64,000 nucleotides of DNA from Candidatus Dormiibacterota bacterium (GTDB taxonomy: Bacteria > Chloroflexota > Dormibacteria > Aeolococcales > Aeolococcaceae). The stretch's first letter is position 1. The number at the start of each line of letters is the position of its first letter. Below, piece by piece: positions 44,935-54,889 of this stretch. The notes under the pieces are model-generated. The model saw only the letters and a list, made by a program, of their open reading frames with translations, did not search any database and was not told the DNA's origin. The stretch is from the NCBI GenBank assembly GCA_963850385.1, contig CAWKKS010000001.1, positions 207,419 to 271,418 on the forward strand, read 5' to 3'. The translations under genes were made by a program, and so were the position numbers.

Positions 44935-45636
44935 ATGACCGAGCCGACGCGGATCCTCGTCGTCGACGATGAGCAGAGCATTCGCGACTTCATCCAGCTC
45001 GGCCTGACGCACGAGGGTTACGACGTGCGCGTCGCGGCCGACGGTCATGCCGGGCTGCGTGCGGTCGACGAATTCAAGCCGCACCTGGTGATCGTCGACC
45101 TGATGATGCCTCGCATGGATGGCTGGGAGATGTGCCGGGCGATCGCCGGCGACCAGCACCGCGGCATCATCATCCTCAGCGCCCGCGACGAGACCGGTGA
45201 CCGGATCCAGGGCCTCGAGCTCGGTGCCGACGACTACCTGGTCAAGCCGTTCGATTTCGGCGAGCTGCTGGCTCGCATCCGGGCTGTCATGCGACGGCGC
45301 GACCCGTCGCAGGCGCGCACGGTGCGTGCCGGCGACCTCTCCATCGACACCGGCACTCGCGATGTGTCGGTGGCCGGTCGACCCGTCAGTCTCAGCGCGC
45401 GTGAGTTCGACCTGCTGCTCTACCTCGCCATCAACGTCGACCAGGTCCTACCCAGGCAGCGAATCCTCGACGAGGTGTGGGGCTACAACTTCTTCGGTGA
45501 TGAGAACAACGTGGAGGTGTACGTGCGCTACCTCCGTCAGAAGCTCGACGACCTGCAGCACGAGCGCATCCAGACGGTACGTGGCGTGGGCTACCGATTG
45601 CGGGGCATGACGACCGTCGCGGCAACCGAGGCCTGA
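44935..45636 (+). CDS. OmpR/PhoB-family response regulator
   Basis: 'ILVVDDE', 'HLVIVDLMMPRMDG', 'GADDYLVKPF', 'LSAREFDLLLYL', 'VEVYVRYLRQKL', 'VRGVGYRL'. Confidence 0.95.
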   Translation: MTEPTRILVVDDEQSIRDFIQLGLTHEGYDVRVAADGHAGLRAVDEFKPHLVIVDLMMPRMDGWEMCRAIAGDQHRGIIILSARDETGDRIQGLELGADDYLVKPFDFGELLARIRAVMRRRDPSQARTVRAGDLSIDTGTRDVSVAGRPVSLSAREFDLLLYLAINVDQVLPRQRILDEVWGYNFFGDENNVEVYVRYLRQKLDDLQHERIQTVRGVGYRLRGMTTVAATEA

Positions 45637-45677
45637 CCACGCAGCCGCGTCGCCGGCGCCTCGGTTTCCTGCGCACC

Positions 45678-47183
45678 GTGCGCTGGAGGCTGACCCTCAC
45701 CTACGTGGCCCTGCTCGCGGTGCTGCTGGCCGGCTTTGGCGCATACCAGTACATCGCACTTCGCGCCAGCCTCGTCTCCGCACGCGTCAGCTCGTTGCAG
45801 GACGACATGACCACAGCCCGCACCCTGCTTGCTCGGGCCGGGGCCACCGCTGTGCGCGGACGCGTGCTGTGCGCTTCGAGCGCTGGCGTGGACCTCATCG
45901 GACGCGCGGTCGCGACAGCGGTGGCCACGACCTCCGGGCACACCGTCGCGGTCATCGTCTATGACCGCAGCCTCACCGACGTGGCCCAGACAGCCGGCGG
46001 CGACCTGCCCCGCCTCGATCCTGCCGGCCTGCAGCGGGCGCTCGGTGGAGCGCGCAGCCAGCCCGAGGTCGTCAGCGGCGCCGGCCGACACGATCAGCTG
46101 GTGGTGGGATTCCCGATCCGTACCGGGGTGTCGAGCGGCAGCATCTGCGGGGTCGCCCAGCTGTCCACCTCGATGGTCCCGCTCAACCAGGTGCTCGGGG
46201 ACGAGGTCGCCCTGCTCGCGGCCGGGAGCGCTGCCGCACTGCTGCTGGCGCTCATCGCCGGCGTGGTGCTGACCAGCCGCGCGCTGCGTCCCCTGCAGCG
46301 ACTCACCGCCACCGCCCGCCGGCTGGCCGGCGGCGACCTCCGCGCTCGCAGCGGGGTCGAGGATCGCCACGACGAGGTCGGTGCGCTGGCGCGGTCGTTC
46401 GATGAGATGGCTGAGCGAATCGAGGAGTCGTTCGCGGCTCAGCAGGAGTCCGAGGAGCGAACGCGCCGGTTCATCGCTGACGCGTCCCATGAGCTGAGAA
46501 CGCCGATCACGGCGCTCAAGGGCTACATCGACATCATCCGTCGCGGCGCCACTCCAGAGCCCCAGGCGCTCGACGCGGCGCTCGGGGCGATGGCACGCGA
46601 GGCGGAGCGGATGCGCGTCCTGGTTCTCGACCTGCTGACCCTGGCGCGGCTTGACGCCCGGCAGCCGACGCACGCCGAGCTGGTCGACCTCGGTGACGCG
46701 GTCGCCACCCAGCTGGACGAGGGCGTGCCCGGGATGCCGGCCCAGCTCGAGCGCCACCTGCAGCCCGGCGTCATCGCTGTCGTCGACCGCGCCGCGCTGG
46801 CGACGATCGTGCGCAACCTGCTCGGCAACTCCGCCAAGTACGCGCCCGGCGCTCGGCAGCGCTGGCGGACCTTCGCGCAAGGTGGTCGAGCTCACCTCGA
46901 GGCGAGTGACCAAGGCCCCGGGATCGCGGCCGCGGACCTTCCGCGCATCTTCGATCGCTTCTACCGTGGCGAGAAGACTCGCGCCCGCGAGGAGGGCGGC
47001 AGCGGGCTCGGGCTCAGCATCGTGCAGGGCCTGGCGCGGGCCAACCACGGCGACGTCACCATCACCAGCGCCGAGGGGCACGGCACCACCGTGACCGTCT
47101 GGTTCCCCGCCGTCGAGGCAGCGCCTCCACATGCGGGGCCGGACGCGCCGCCGCCGCCTCCCCCGCCTCCGTCGCCGGCCTGA
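45678..47183 (+). CDS. Sensor histidine kinase (HAMP-HisKA-HATPase) with a poly-Pro C-terminus
   Basis: TM span 'LTYVALLAVLLAGFG', HAMP 'RRLAGGDLRAR', H-box 'FIADASHELRTPITAL', 'GSGLGLSIV'. The C-terminus ends 'PPPPPPPPSPA'. Confidence 0.92.
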   Translation: MRWRLTLTYVALLAVLLAGFGAYQYIALRASLVSARVSSLQDDMTTARTLLARAGATAVRGRVLCASSAGVDLIGRAVATAVATTSGHTVAVIVYDRSLTDVAQTAGGDLPRLDPAGLQRALGGARSQPEVVSGAGRHDQLVVGFPIRTGVSSGSICGVAQLSTSMVPLNQVLGDEVALLAAGSAAALLLALIAGVVLTSRALRPLQRLTATARRLAGGDLRARSGVEDRHDEVGALARSFDEMAERIEESFAAQQESEERTRRFIADASHELRTPITALKGYIDIIRRGATPEPQALDAALGAMAREAERMRVLVLDLLTLARLDARQPTHAELVDLGDAVATQLDEGVPGMPAQLERHLQPGVIAVVDRAALATIVRNLLGNSAKYAPGARQRWRTFAQGGRAHLEASDQGPGIAAADLPRIFDRFYRGEKTRAREEGGSGLGLSIVQGLARANHGDVTITSAEGHGTTVTVWFPAVEAAPPHAGPDAPPPPPPPPSPA

Positions 47184-47188
47184 GCGGG

Positions 47189-47923
47189 TCAGTCGATCTC
47201 CGGCGGCTCCCAGCGCAACAGCGCGACGTCCGACACCTCACGCAGGTGTGCCCGCATCGCGTCCGCGGCCCCCGCCGGGTCGCGGGAGTGGATGGCCTGG
47301 AGGATGCGGCGATGGGCGAGCAGGGAATTGCGCGGCCGCCCCGGCTCCGAAAGCGATTCGACGCGCGTCTCGTGGATGGCCTCGGCGAGCCCGTCGATGA
47401 CGTGCTCGAGCACCTTGTTGTCACCGGCGCGATGGACGGCGTGGTGGAAGGCGCTGTCACCGCCGAGGCCAAGCTCCTCGCCGGCGATCTCGGCCTCCAT
47501 CTGCTCGAGGGCGCTGCGCATCGCGGTGAGGTCGTTGTCAGAGCGGCGCGAGGCGGCCAGCTCCGCCAACCGCACCTCGAGCAGCTCCCGCGCCTCCAGC
47601 ACCTCGGGCAGGCGGGCGCGACGTTCGACGAGCTTGTGCAACATGCCGCCGAACCCGCGGCTGCGCCGCAGGAACACACCACCGCCGTGGCGCACCTCGA
47701 TGAACCCCTGGGCTTCGAGCACCGCAAGCGCCTGGCGCAGCGATGCCCGGCTCACCTTGAGCCGCGAGGCCAGCTCGCGCTCCGGAGGAAACCGGCCGCC
47801 GATCTCGAGGTTGGTGCGCACCACGAACTCGCCGAGCCGGTCTACGAGGTCCTCGTAGAGCCGGGTTCTCCCCAGGGGGCGCAGCGGCGAGGTGTCCGGG
47901 GTCACCGTGAGAACGTACCGCAT
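47189..47923 (-). CDS. GntR-family (FadR/FCD-type) transcriptional regulator
   Basis: HTH 'PPERELASRLKVSRASLRQALAVLEAQGFIEVRHGGGVF' plus a helical FCD-like C-terminus. I set the start at ATG 47923. Confidence 0.9.
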   Translation of the reverse strand: MRYVLTVTPDTSPLRPLGRTRLYEDLVDRLGEFVVRTNLEIGGRFPPERELASRLKVSRASLRQALAVLEAQGFIEVRHGGGVFLRRSRGFGGMLHKLVERRARLPEVLEARELLEVRLAELAASRRSDNDLTAMRSALEQMEAEIAGEELGLGGDSAFHHAVHRAGDNKVLEHVIDGLAEAIHETRVESLSEPGRPRNSLLAHRRILQAIHSRDPAGAADAMRAHLREVSDVALLRWEPPEID

Positions 47924-47930
47924 CCCCAAG

Positions 47931-47964
47931 TGGTTCGACCATTGGGCCATTGACACACTTGTCA
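47931..47964. promoter_or_regulatory. Candidate GntR operators in the divergent intergenic region: TGGTtcgACCA and TGACAcactTGTCA
   Basis: Inverted repeats read directly at 47931..47941 and 47951..47964. The first fits the FadR-subfamily TNGTNNNACNA pattern. Confidence 0.4.
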
Positions 47965-48033
47965 GCCGCGAGCCAGACTTCCGCCACAAAACTCCACGGC
48001 CCCTTCACCGGGCCGCGAACCGGAGGGCGGACA

Positions 48034-49335
48034 GTGTCGACAGCCAGCTCGGGGACAGTGCCGCGATCGTCCAGGCGCCTGCTCGTGGCCGCCGCCGCCA
48101 CCCTGCTGGTCGCCGCGTGCGGCAGCACCACCACGAGCAGCGGCGGGAGCAGCAGCGGCAACATCAAGACCGACGGTGCCGGCCACGTCAGCTTCGGGGT
48201 TCTCTCCTGCTTCACCGGCCCGCTGGCCGTGCTCGGCCAGGCGATGCTGCAGGGGTCGCAGGTCGCCCAGAAGGTCATCAACCAGAACGGCGGCGTGCTC
48301 GGCAAGCAGCTCGATCTCAGCCACGAGGACACGCAGTGCGACGAGGCGGACGCGGTGCCCGCCGTGCGCAAGCTGCTCGGTTCTGACAGCGCCACCGGCA
48401 TCATCGGCCCTGAGACCCAGGAGATCGCCGCGGTGTCGCCGATCGTGAGCGCCGCCAAGATCCCGACCGAGTTCCAGGGCGGCAGCACCGCGTTCGACAA
48501 GAACGTTAACCCCTACCTCTGGCGCGACAGCCCCTCCGACTCGCAGCTGGGCGTGGCCATGGCCCTCTACGCGCACCAGAAGGGGTTCACCAAGGCCGCC
48601 CTGCTCTTCTCCTCTGACATCGCGCAGCAGACCATCCCCAAGCCGATCAAGGCGACGTGGCTGAAGTTCGGCAACACGATCGTGTCCGACATCACCGTGG
48701 CCCCCGGCCAGACGTCGTACCGCAGCCAGGTGCAACAGATCATCAGCGCGGCCCCTGACGTCATCTTCACCCAACTCGACCCCCAGACCGCCGCGGTCAT
48801 GTTCCAGAACTTCAAGGAGCTCAACAACCTGGCCATCCCGATCGTGGGCACGGATGTCACCAGCGGCAACGACTACCTCAGCGCGATCACCTACCCGGTG
48901 GCTCACGCCCACCTCATCTCCGTCTATGGCACCAACGCCACCGGTGCCGCTGCCGACAACTTCGCCAAGGCGTTCGCTGCACAGAACGGCGCCACCGCGC
49001 AGCCGATCGCGGGTGCCAACTACGCGTACGACGCGGTGTTGAGCCTGGCGCTCGCCATGGACAAGGCGGGCACCACGGATGGTCCGGCGGTGATCGCCGC
49101 CATGAAGCAGGTCACCAACCCGCCGGGCACGCCCTGCGATGACTACGCGACCTGCCTCGCCGGGATCAAGGCCGGTACCCGGATCAAGATGGATGGGTCC
49201 AGTGGCGACCTCATCTTCAACCAGTACAACAACGTGTTCGGGCCATACGGCGCCTTCCAGGCCGACGCCACCACTGGCGCAGAGAGCCAGGTGCAACTGC
49301 TGTCCGCCTCGGACCTCGCCGCCGCCACGCCGTGA
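48034..49335 (+). CDS. ABC transporter substrate-binding lipoprotein (branched-chain amino acid / Peripla_BP_6 type)
   Basis: GTG 48034 follows GGAGGG at a 6-nt spacing. 'RRLLVAAAATLLVAAC' is the signal peptide and lipobox. The body is LivK-like ('GIIGPETQE', 'PIVGTD'). Confidence 0.88.
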   Translation: MSTASSGTVPRSSRRLLVAAAATLLVAACGSTTTSSGGSSSGNIKTDGAGHVSFGVLSCFTGPLAVLGQAMLQGSQVAQKVINQNGGVLGKQLDLSHEDTQCDEADAVPAVRKLLGSDSATGIIGPETQEIAAVSPIVSAAKIPTEFQGGSTAFDKNVNPYLWRDSPSDSQLGVAMALYAHQKGFTKAALLFSSDIAQQTIPKPIKATWLKFGNTIVSDITVAPGQTSYRSQVQQIISAAPDVIFTQLDPQTAAVMFQNFKELNNLAIPIVGTDVTSGNDYLSAITYPVAHAHLISVYGTNATGAAADNFAKAFAAQNGATAQPIAGANYAYDAVLSLALAMDKAGTTDGPAVIAAMKQVTNPPGTPCDDYATCLAGIKAGTRIKMDGSSGDLIFNQYNNVFGPYGAFQADATTGAESQVQLLSASDLAAATP

Positions 49336-49340
49336 TCCCC

Positions 49341-49377
49341 GGGCGGCAGCGCGCCGGTCGCGCGCGCGCTGCCGCCC
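49341..49377 (+). terminator. Perfect 13-bp GC hairpin right after the substrate-binding-protein gene (attenuator/mRNA stabiliser candidate)
   Basis: gggcggcagcgcg-N11-cgcgctgccgccc read directly from the sequence. There is no U-tract. The permease genes follow. Confidence 0.45.
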
Positions 49378-49430
49378 CCGTCGCCCGCCCGATCGTCACC
49401 CACCGTCCAGCCACGTAGGAGACTGCGACA

Positions 49431-50312
49431 GTGCACCAGGCTCTGCTCACGCTGGGGTTCGGTCTCGTCGGGGCGGCCATCCTCTCGCTGTCGGCGCTGG
49501 CCTTCACGCTCGAGTACTCGGTCACCAACGTGGCCAACCTCTCGCACGGCGAGATCCTCACGGTCGGCGCCTACTGCGCCTACGAGGTGCAGCAACATGG
49601 GGGCGGGGTCATCCTCTCGGGGCTCGCCGCGGCCGCGGGTGGTGGGGCGCTGGCGCTGGCCGTCCACAACGGCGTCATCGACCGTTTCGTCCGCAAGGGA
49701 ATCGGCGGCCTGCCCACGTTCATCGCCACCCTGGGCGTGTCACTGGTCATCCAGAACATCCTGGTGATCATCTTCGGCGCCTCCAACCTCGGTTACCCGG
49801 TCCCCCAGGAGGCCCCCCGCACCGTCGGCCCCTTCCTGTGGACGACGACGGAGATCCAGATCATGGTCTCGGCGGTGGTGATCACCGCGCTGCTCTACGT
49901 GATCATCCAGCACACCCGGTTCGGGAAGTCGTTGCGGGCGGTCTCTCAGAACCGTTCGCTGGCCAGCGTGTCCGGCATCAACGCGCATCGCGTGGCCGCG
50001 TTGACCTGGTTGCTCGCCGGCGTGATCGGCGGTTACGCGGGCTTCATCCTGGCGGAGAGCATCGGTACGTTCAGCCCCTACTCCGGCTTCACCTTCTTCC
50101 TGATCACGCTCACCGCCGCCGTCGCCGGTGGACTCGGCAAGGCATTGGGAACGCTGGTCGGCGGCGTCATCGTGGGCATCGCTCTCGAGTTCTTCGGCGG
50201 GTACCTGAGTGCCAGCTACAACCTCGCCTTCGCCTTCGCCATCCTCTCGGTGGTCATCCTGGTGCGCCCGCGCGGGCTCTTCGTCGGCGGCCGGCGGAGC
50301 GTCTTCGAATGA
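49431..50312 (+). CDS. livH: Branched-chain amino acid ABC transporter permease (LivH type)
   Basis: ~8 TM spans with the typical LivH layout ('NLSHGEILTVGAY', 'RFGKSLRAVSQN'). GTG follows AGGAGA. Confidence 0.9.
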   Translation: MHQALLTLGFGLVGAAILSLSALAFTLEYSVTNVANLSHGEILTVGAYCAYEVQQHGGGVILSGLAAAAGGGALALAVHNGVIDRFVRKGIGGLPTFIATLGVSLVIQNILVIIFGASNLGYPVPQEAPRTVGPFLWTTTEIQIMVSAVVITALLYVIIQHTRFGKSLRAVSQNRSLASVSGINAHRVAALTWLLAGVIGGYAGFILAESIGTFSPYSGFTFFLITLTAAVAGGLGKALGTLVGGVIVGIALEFFGGYLSASYNLAFAFAILSVVILVRPRGLFVGGRRSVFE

Positions 50313-51337
50313 TCGACTACGTCGTCTCGATCTTCACCGAGGGCGCCATCTTCGCGATCATGGCCCTCGGCCTCAACATCATCTGGGGCTGGTCGGGCGA
50401 CTTCGACCTCGCCTACTACGGGTACGTGGCGTTGGGCGCGTACATGACTCTCGCGCTCACCGTCGGCCCTGCCACCAGCCCGACCGAGTACATCCTCGGG
50501 CTCTCGCTGCCCTTCCCGGTGGCGGTCATCCTGGCAATGCTGAGCGCGATGCTGCTCGCGCTGGTGGTGGGGGCGATCGCCCTGCGCCACCTCCGCGGCA
50601 TCTACTTCTCCATCGTCACCCTGGGCGCCGTGTACGTCCTCTACGTCTTTGCCGGGCAGTTCGTGCCACTGTTCAACGGGTACAACGGCCTCTCCGGGCT
50701 GTTCGACCCGATGGGCGACGTCCTCGGCATCGACTTCACCGCATACCCGTACTTCTACCTCGGCCTCTGCCTGGTGGTGCTGGCGGTGGTCGTGGTGCTG
50801 GTGTGGCGCATCGACGCCAGCCGGTTCGGCCTGGCCCTGCGGAGTCTTCGCGAGGACGAGCGCGCCGCCGCCGCGTTCGGTCGCGACATCTACGCCACCA
50901 AGCTCAAGGCGTACGTGCTCGGCGCCGCGCTGGGGGGCCTCGGGGGCGCGCTCTTCGCCGGCTACCTCAGTGCCTTCAACACCTCGGCGTGGTCGCCGGT
51001 GGAGACGATCACGTTGTACGCGGCGATCCTGGTCGGCGGCCGGGGCAGCACGCGCGGCGTCCTGCTGGGCATCGTGGTCATGTACATGGGCTTGCAGGAA
51101 GCCACGCGCTTCCTGCCCGAGGTCGCCGGCCACGCCAGCTTCGCTCCCGCGCTCCGTCTCATCCTCACCGGCATCGTCCTCGTGCTCTTCATCCGCTTCC
51201 GCCCCCAGGGCATCCTTCCCGAGCGGCGCATGCACGACCAGGACCCGTCCGGCACCGGCGGCGCCGCCGTCGCGGCCCTGGAGGAGCAGGTGGAACACCC
51301 GGTGATCGCACCCGCCTTCGGCTCGGGAGCGACATGA
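50309..51337 (+). CDS. livM: Branched-chain amino acid ABC transporter permease (LivM type)
   Basis: 'AIMALGLNIIWGWSGDFDL', 'FGLALRSLREDERAAAAFG'. ATG 50309 overlaps the livH stop (ATGA), within ORF 49139..51337. Confidence 0.9.
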   Translation: MIDYVVSIFTEGAIFAIMALGLNIIWGWSGDFDLAYYGYVALGAYMTLALTVGPATSPTEYILGLSLPFPVAVILAMLSAMLLALVVGAIALRHLRGIYFSIVTLGAVYVLYVFAGQFVPLFNGYNGLSGLFDPMGDVLGIDFTAYPYFYLGLCLVVLAVVVVLVWRIDASRFGLALRSLREDERAAAAFGRDIYATKLKAYVLGAALGGLGGALFAGYLSAFNTSAWSPVETITLYAAILVGGRGSTRGVLLGIVVMYMGLQEATRFLPEVAGHASFAPALRLILTGIVLVLFIRFRPQGILPERRMHDQDPSGTGGAAVAALEEQVEHPVIAPAFGSGAT

Positions 51338-52122
51338 CGGCATTGCTCGAGGTTCACGAGCTCAGCAAGCACTTCGGCGGTGTGCAGGCCGTCGACGCGT
51401 GCAGCTTCACCGCCGCACAGGGGCAGATCACGGGCCTGATCGGTCCCAACGGCGCCGGCAAGAGCACCGCCATCGACCTGGTGTCCGGCTTCAAGCTCCC
51501 CGACACCGGGACGGTGCTCTTCGAGGGCAACCATGTGCAGGGCAGATCCCCTCACCGCATCGCGCGCATGGGGATGATCCGCACCTTCCAGACCCCGCGC
51601 GAGTGGCCGGCGCTGAGCGTTCTCGAGAACATCCTGCTGGCCAGGTTCAACGCGCGCCGCGAGCGCTTCTGGCGGTCGCTGCGCGGCCGTACCAAGCCGG
51701 AGCGCGGCACCGACAGGGAGGAGCTCGACCGCGCACGCAGCATCCTTGACGAGTTCGGGCTCCTCCAGCTGCGCAATGAGCGAGCCGGCAATCTCAGCGG
51801 CGGCCAGAAGCGGCTGGTCGAGTTCGCGCGCATCCGCATGGCCGAGCCGCGCCTGGTCATCCTCGACGAGCCGATGGGTGGGGTCAACCCGGTGCTCGGT
51901 GAGCGCATGGCCACCGCGGTGCTCGGTTTCGTGGCAGCCGGCACCTCGGTGATCATCGTCGAGCACAACCTGCCCTTCATCGAGCGCGTCACCGACCACG
52001 TGGTGGTCATGGCCGAGGGCCGGGTGATCGCCGAAGGCCCATTCGAGTCGCTGCGCAGCAACCAGGCCGTGGTCGACGCCTATCTCGGAGAGATGCCCAC
52101 CTATGACGACGCTGACGCCTGA
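51334..52122 (+). CDS. livG: ABC transporter ATP-binding protein (LivG type)
   Basis: 'GPNGAGKST', 'LSGGQKRLVE', 'LVILDEP'. ATGA overlap with livM. Confidence 0.93.
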   Translation: MTALLEVHELSKHFGGVQAVDACSFTAAQGQITGLIGPNGAGKSTAIDLVSGFKLPDTGTVLFEGNHVQGRSPHRIARMGMIRTFQTPREWPALSVLENILLARFNARRERFWRSLRGRTKPERGTDREELDRARSILDEFGLLQLRNERAGNLSGGQKRLVEFARIRMAEPRLVILDEPMGGVNPVLGERMATAVLGFVAAGTSVIIVEHNLPFIERVTDHVVVMAEGRVIAEGPFESLRSNQAVVDAYLGEMPTYDDADA

Positions 52123-52861
52123 CCCCGCGTCGCCGACGGCTGCGGCCACCGCGGCGGCGCTCGACGTGGCTGGGCTGACCGCCGGCTACGGCGGCCCCCC
52201 CATCGTCGAGAACGTGCACGTGCGCGCCCACCGCGGCGCGATCACTGCCATCGTTGGCCCCAACGGCGCCGGCAAGTCCACGCTGCTCAAGGCCATCGCC
52301 GGCGTGATCCGCCCCCGGGCCGGCACGGTCCTGGTCGAGGGTCGCGATGTCACCGGCCTGGCCAGCGAGAAGCTGGTGCGGCTCGGCATCGCATACGTGC
52401 CCCAGGTGGCCAACGTCTTTCCCCAGCTCAGCGTGCACGAGAACCTGGAGATGGGCGGCTACAGCCGCCGCCACGGGGTCGCTGAGCGCGCCGAGGAGCT
52501 GTACCAACTCTTCCCCGACCTGCAACGGGCTCACCGGCGGCGTGCGGAGACGCTGAGCGGCGGTCAGCGCACCATGCTGGCGATGGCCCGCGGCCTGATG
52601 GTCGACCCTGCCGTGCTGATCCTGGACGAACCCTCAGCAGGCCTCTCACCGAAGTTCCAGAGCGCCGTCTGGGATCGTGTCGAGCAGGTGCGCGCCACCG
52701 ACGTCGCCGTGGTGGTGGTCGAGCAGAACACCCGCGAGACGCTCCGCCATGCACAGTGGGCATACGTGCTCGTGCTCGGCCAGAACAGGCTTGACGGCGC
52801 CGGGCGCGACCTCCTCCACAACGACGAGGTGGTGAGGCTGTATGTCGGCGTGCTCTCGTAG
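52103..52861 (+). CDS. livF: ABC transporter ATP-binding protein (LivF type)
   Basis: 'GPNGAGKSTLL', 'LSGGQRTML', 'LILDEPS'. It overlaps livG by 20 nt. Confidence 0.92.
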   Translation: MTTLTPDPASPTAAATAAALDVAGLTAGYGGPPIVENVHVRAHRGAITAIVGPNGAGKSTLLKAIAGVIRPRAGTVLVEGRDVTGLASEKLVRLGIAYVPQVANVFPQLSVHENLEMGGYSRRHGVAERAEELYQLFPDLQRAHRRRAETLSGGQRTMLAMARGLMVDPAVLILDEPSAGLSPKFQSAVWDRVEQVRATDVAVVVVEQNTRETLRHAQWAYVLVLGQNRLDGAGRDLLHNDEVVRLYVGVLS

Positions 52862-52872
52862 GGACGCAGCCC

Positions 52873-54102
52873 ATGACCGCTGATACCGAGCCCCCCGTTC
52901 CGCCGTCGCCGACCGCTGGCCCCCTGGCGGGGTTGCGCGTGCTCGACCTCTCGCGCATCCTCTCGGGCCCGTTCGCGACCATGGTGTTCGCCGACCTCGG
53001 CGCCGACGTCATCAAGCTCGAGAACCCGACCGCCGGCGACGACACACGCGAGTGGGCGCCCCCGTACCAGGGTGACCAGTCCGCGTATTTCCTTGCCATC
53101 AACCGCAACAAGCGGGGCATCGCCGTCGACCTCAAGAGCGAGCAGGGTCGGCTCATCGCGCAACGCCTCGCCGACCAGGCCGACGTGCTCGTCGAGAACT
53201 TCCGACCCGGCACGGCTGCGCGCCTCGGTCTGGGCTACGAGGAGCTGTCCCAACGCAACCCCCGGCTCATCTATGCGTCGATCTCAGGATTCGGTCAGAC
53301 CGGCCCGTACGCCTCAGAACCCGGGTACGACGCCATCGCCCAGGCGTTGGGCGGCCTGATGAGTGTCACCGGGGAGAGTGATGGCGAGCCGGTGCGCGCC
53401 GGCAACTCCGCTGCCGACCTGGCAGCGGCGATGTGGGCGGCGATCGGGATACTCAGCGCACTCCACGCCCGCGCCGCCACCGGTCGCGGCGACTGGATCG
53501 ACATCTCCCTGCTCGACGGTCAGATCGCCTGGCTCACCTACCTCGCTGGGGGATACTTCGCCACCGGTGAGGTGCCGCGGCGTTACGGGTCCGCGCACCC
53601 CAGCATCGTGCCGTACCAGGCGCTCCGCACCGCCGACGGCTACCTGATGGTGGCCGTTGGCAACGACGTGCTCTGGCAGCGCTTCGCGCCGCTGATCGGC
53701 CGCCCCGAGCTGGCCGCCGACCCGCGCTTCGCGACCAACCCGGACCGGGTCGCCAACCGGACCGAGCTGCTGGTGCTGATCGAGGTGGCGCTCGCCGCCC
53801 GCGGATCCGCGGAGTGGGCCGCGGAGCTGTCGCACGCCGGGATCCCAGCCGGCGCGATCAACACCATCGACAAGGCGCTCGTGCATCCGCAGGTGCAGGC
53901 GCGCGACATGGTGCTGAGCACCGATCACCCGACCGCCGGCACCCTGCGCATGACCGGCTCGCCCATCAAGCTGACCACCCACACCACCACTGTGCGCAGG
54001 CCGCCGCCGCTGCTCGGCGAGCACACCGACGCGGTTCTCGGTGAGCTGGGCTTCTCCACCGCTGACATCGATGTGCTGCGCCACGACGGTGTCATCCGAT
54101 GA
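52873..54102 (+). CDS. Family III CoA-transferase (CaiB/BaiF type)
   Basis: 'LRVLDLSRILSGPFATMVFADLGADVIKLE', 'ENFRPG', 'GYDAIAQALGG'. Confidence 0.92.
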   Translation: MTADTEPPVPPSPTAGPLAGLRVLDLSRILSGPFATMVFADLGADVIKLENPTAGDDTREWAPPYQGDQSAYFLAINRNKRGIAVDLKSEQGRLIAQRLADQADVLVENFRPGTAARLGLGYEELSQRNPRLIYASISGFGQTGPYASEPGYDAIAQALGGLMSVTGESDGEPVRAGNSAADLAAAMWAAIGILSALHARAATGRGDWIDISLLDGQIAWLTYLAGGYFATGEVPRRYGSAHPSIVPYQALRTADGYLMVAVGNDVLWQRFAPLIGRPELAADPRFATNPDRVANRTELLVLIEVALAARGSAEWAAELSHAGIPAGAINTIDKALVHPQVQARDMVLSTDHPTAGTLRMTGSPIKLTTHTTTVRRPPPLLGEHTDAVLGELGFSTADIDVLRHDGVIR

Positions 54103-54887
54103 CGGACGCGCGGCCGCGCGTCACCATGGAGCGCGATGGCCGGGTCGCCCGCGTGGTGATCGGCTCCGGCGTACGTCGCAACGCGCTGCCCAGTGCAGGC
54201 TGGCTGGGCATCGAGAAGCTGATGCGCCGGCTGGCCGCCGCGGTCGACGTCCGTGTGGTCGTGCTCGAGGGGGCGTCGGCGTGGTTCTGCGCGGGCTCTG
54301 ACGTCCGCGAGTGGACACAGGCGAGCGCTGACGACGTCGAGCTGAGCTTCGCTCGGATGGAGGCTGCCTGTACCGCCATCGAAGAGCTGCCGGTGCCGGT
54401 GATCGCCAAGGTGCGCGGGCCGGCGGCGGGCGCAGGCTGCCAGCTGGCGCTGGCGTGTGATCTTCGCTTCCTCTCGGACAGTGCGTCGATCGGCATGCCG
54501 ATTGCGCTGCTCGGCATCCTCATCTCCCCGGCCTTTGCGAACCGGCTGGTCATGCACGGCGGTCGCGGCATCGCCGGAGAGCTGCTGTACACCGGGCGCA
54601 TGGTGGGCGCCGAGGAGGCCGTGCGCCTCGGCCTGGCCAACGCCTGCGTTGCCGGGGAACAACTCGACGCCCACGTCGATGTCACCGTCGATGCCATCCT
54701 GCAGGCATCGGACGCGTCGATCCGCGCCGCCAAGCAGGCACTCGCCCGCGTCAGCGCGCCCGCCCGAATCGCTGCGCTGGCCGCCGCGAGAGGACCAGCG
54801 GTGGACAGCCAGGACTTCCGGCGCGGCGTCGACTCGTTTGTGCACCGTCGCCGCCGCCGCCACCGTCGCGTCAGCGTGCTGCACTGA
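54099..54887 (+). CDS. Enoyl-CoA hydratase/isomerase (crotonase) family protein
   Basis: 'FCAGSDV', 'VIAKVRGPAAGAGCQLALACD'. ATGA overlap with the CoA-transferase. Confidence 0.88.
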   Translation: MTDARPRVTMERDGRVARVVIGSGVRRNALPSAGWLGIEKLMRRLAAAVDVRVVVLEGASAWFCAGSDVREWTQASADDVELSFARMEAACTAIEELPVPVIAKVRGPAAGAGCQLALACDLRFLSDSASIGMPIALLGILISPAFANRLVMHGGRGIAGELLYTGRMVGAEEAVRLGLANACVAGEQLDAHVDVTVDAILQASDASIRAAKQALARVSAPARIAALAAARGPAVDSQDFRRGVDSFVHRRRRRHRRVSVLH

Positions 54888-54889
54888 CC

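Noticed and set aside
42951-45000. The tRNA-Lys gene as a possible integration site or boundary of a genomic island.
   Set aside because: No integrase, recombinase, direct repeat of the tRNA 3' end or compositional shift is visible on either side.
5641-54102. MaoC hydratase, CitE-like lyase and family III CoA-transferase together suggest an itaconate-degradation or 3-hydroxypropionate-bicycle-type pathway.
   Set aside because: The three genes are 7 to 40 kb apart, in three different operons with unrelated partners. There is no evidence they act together.
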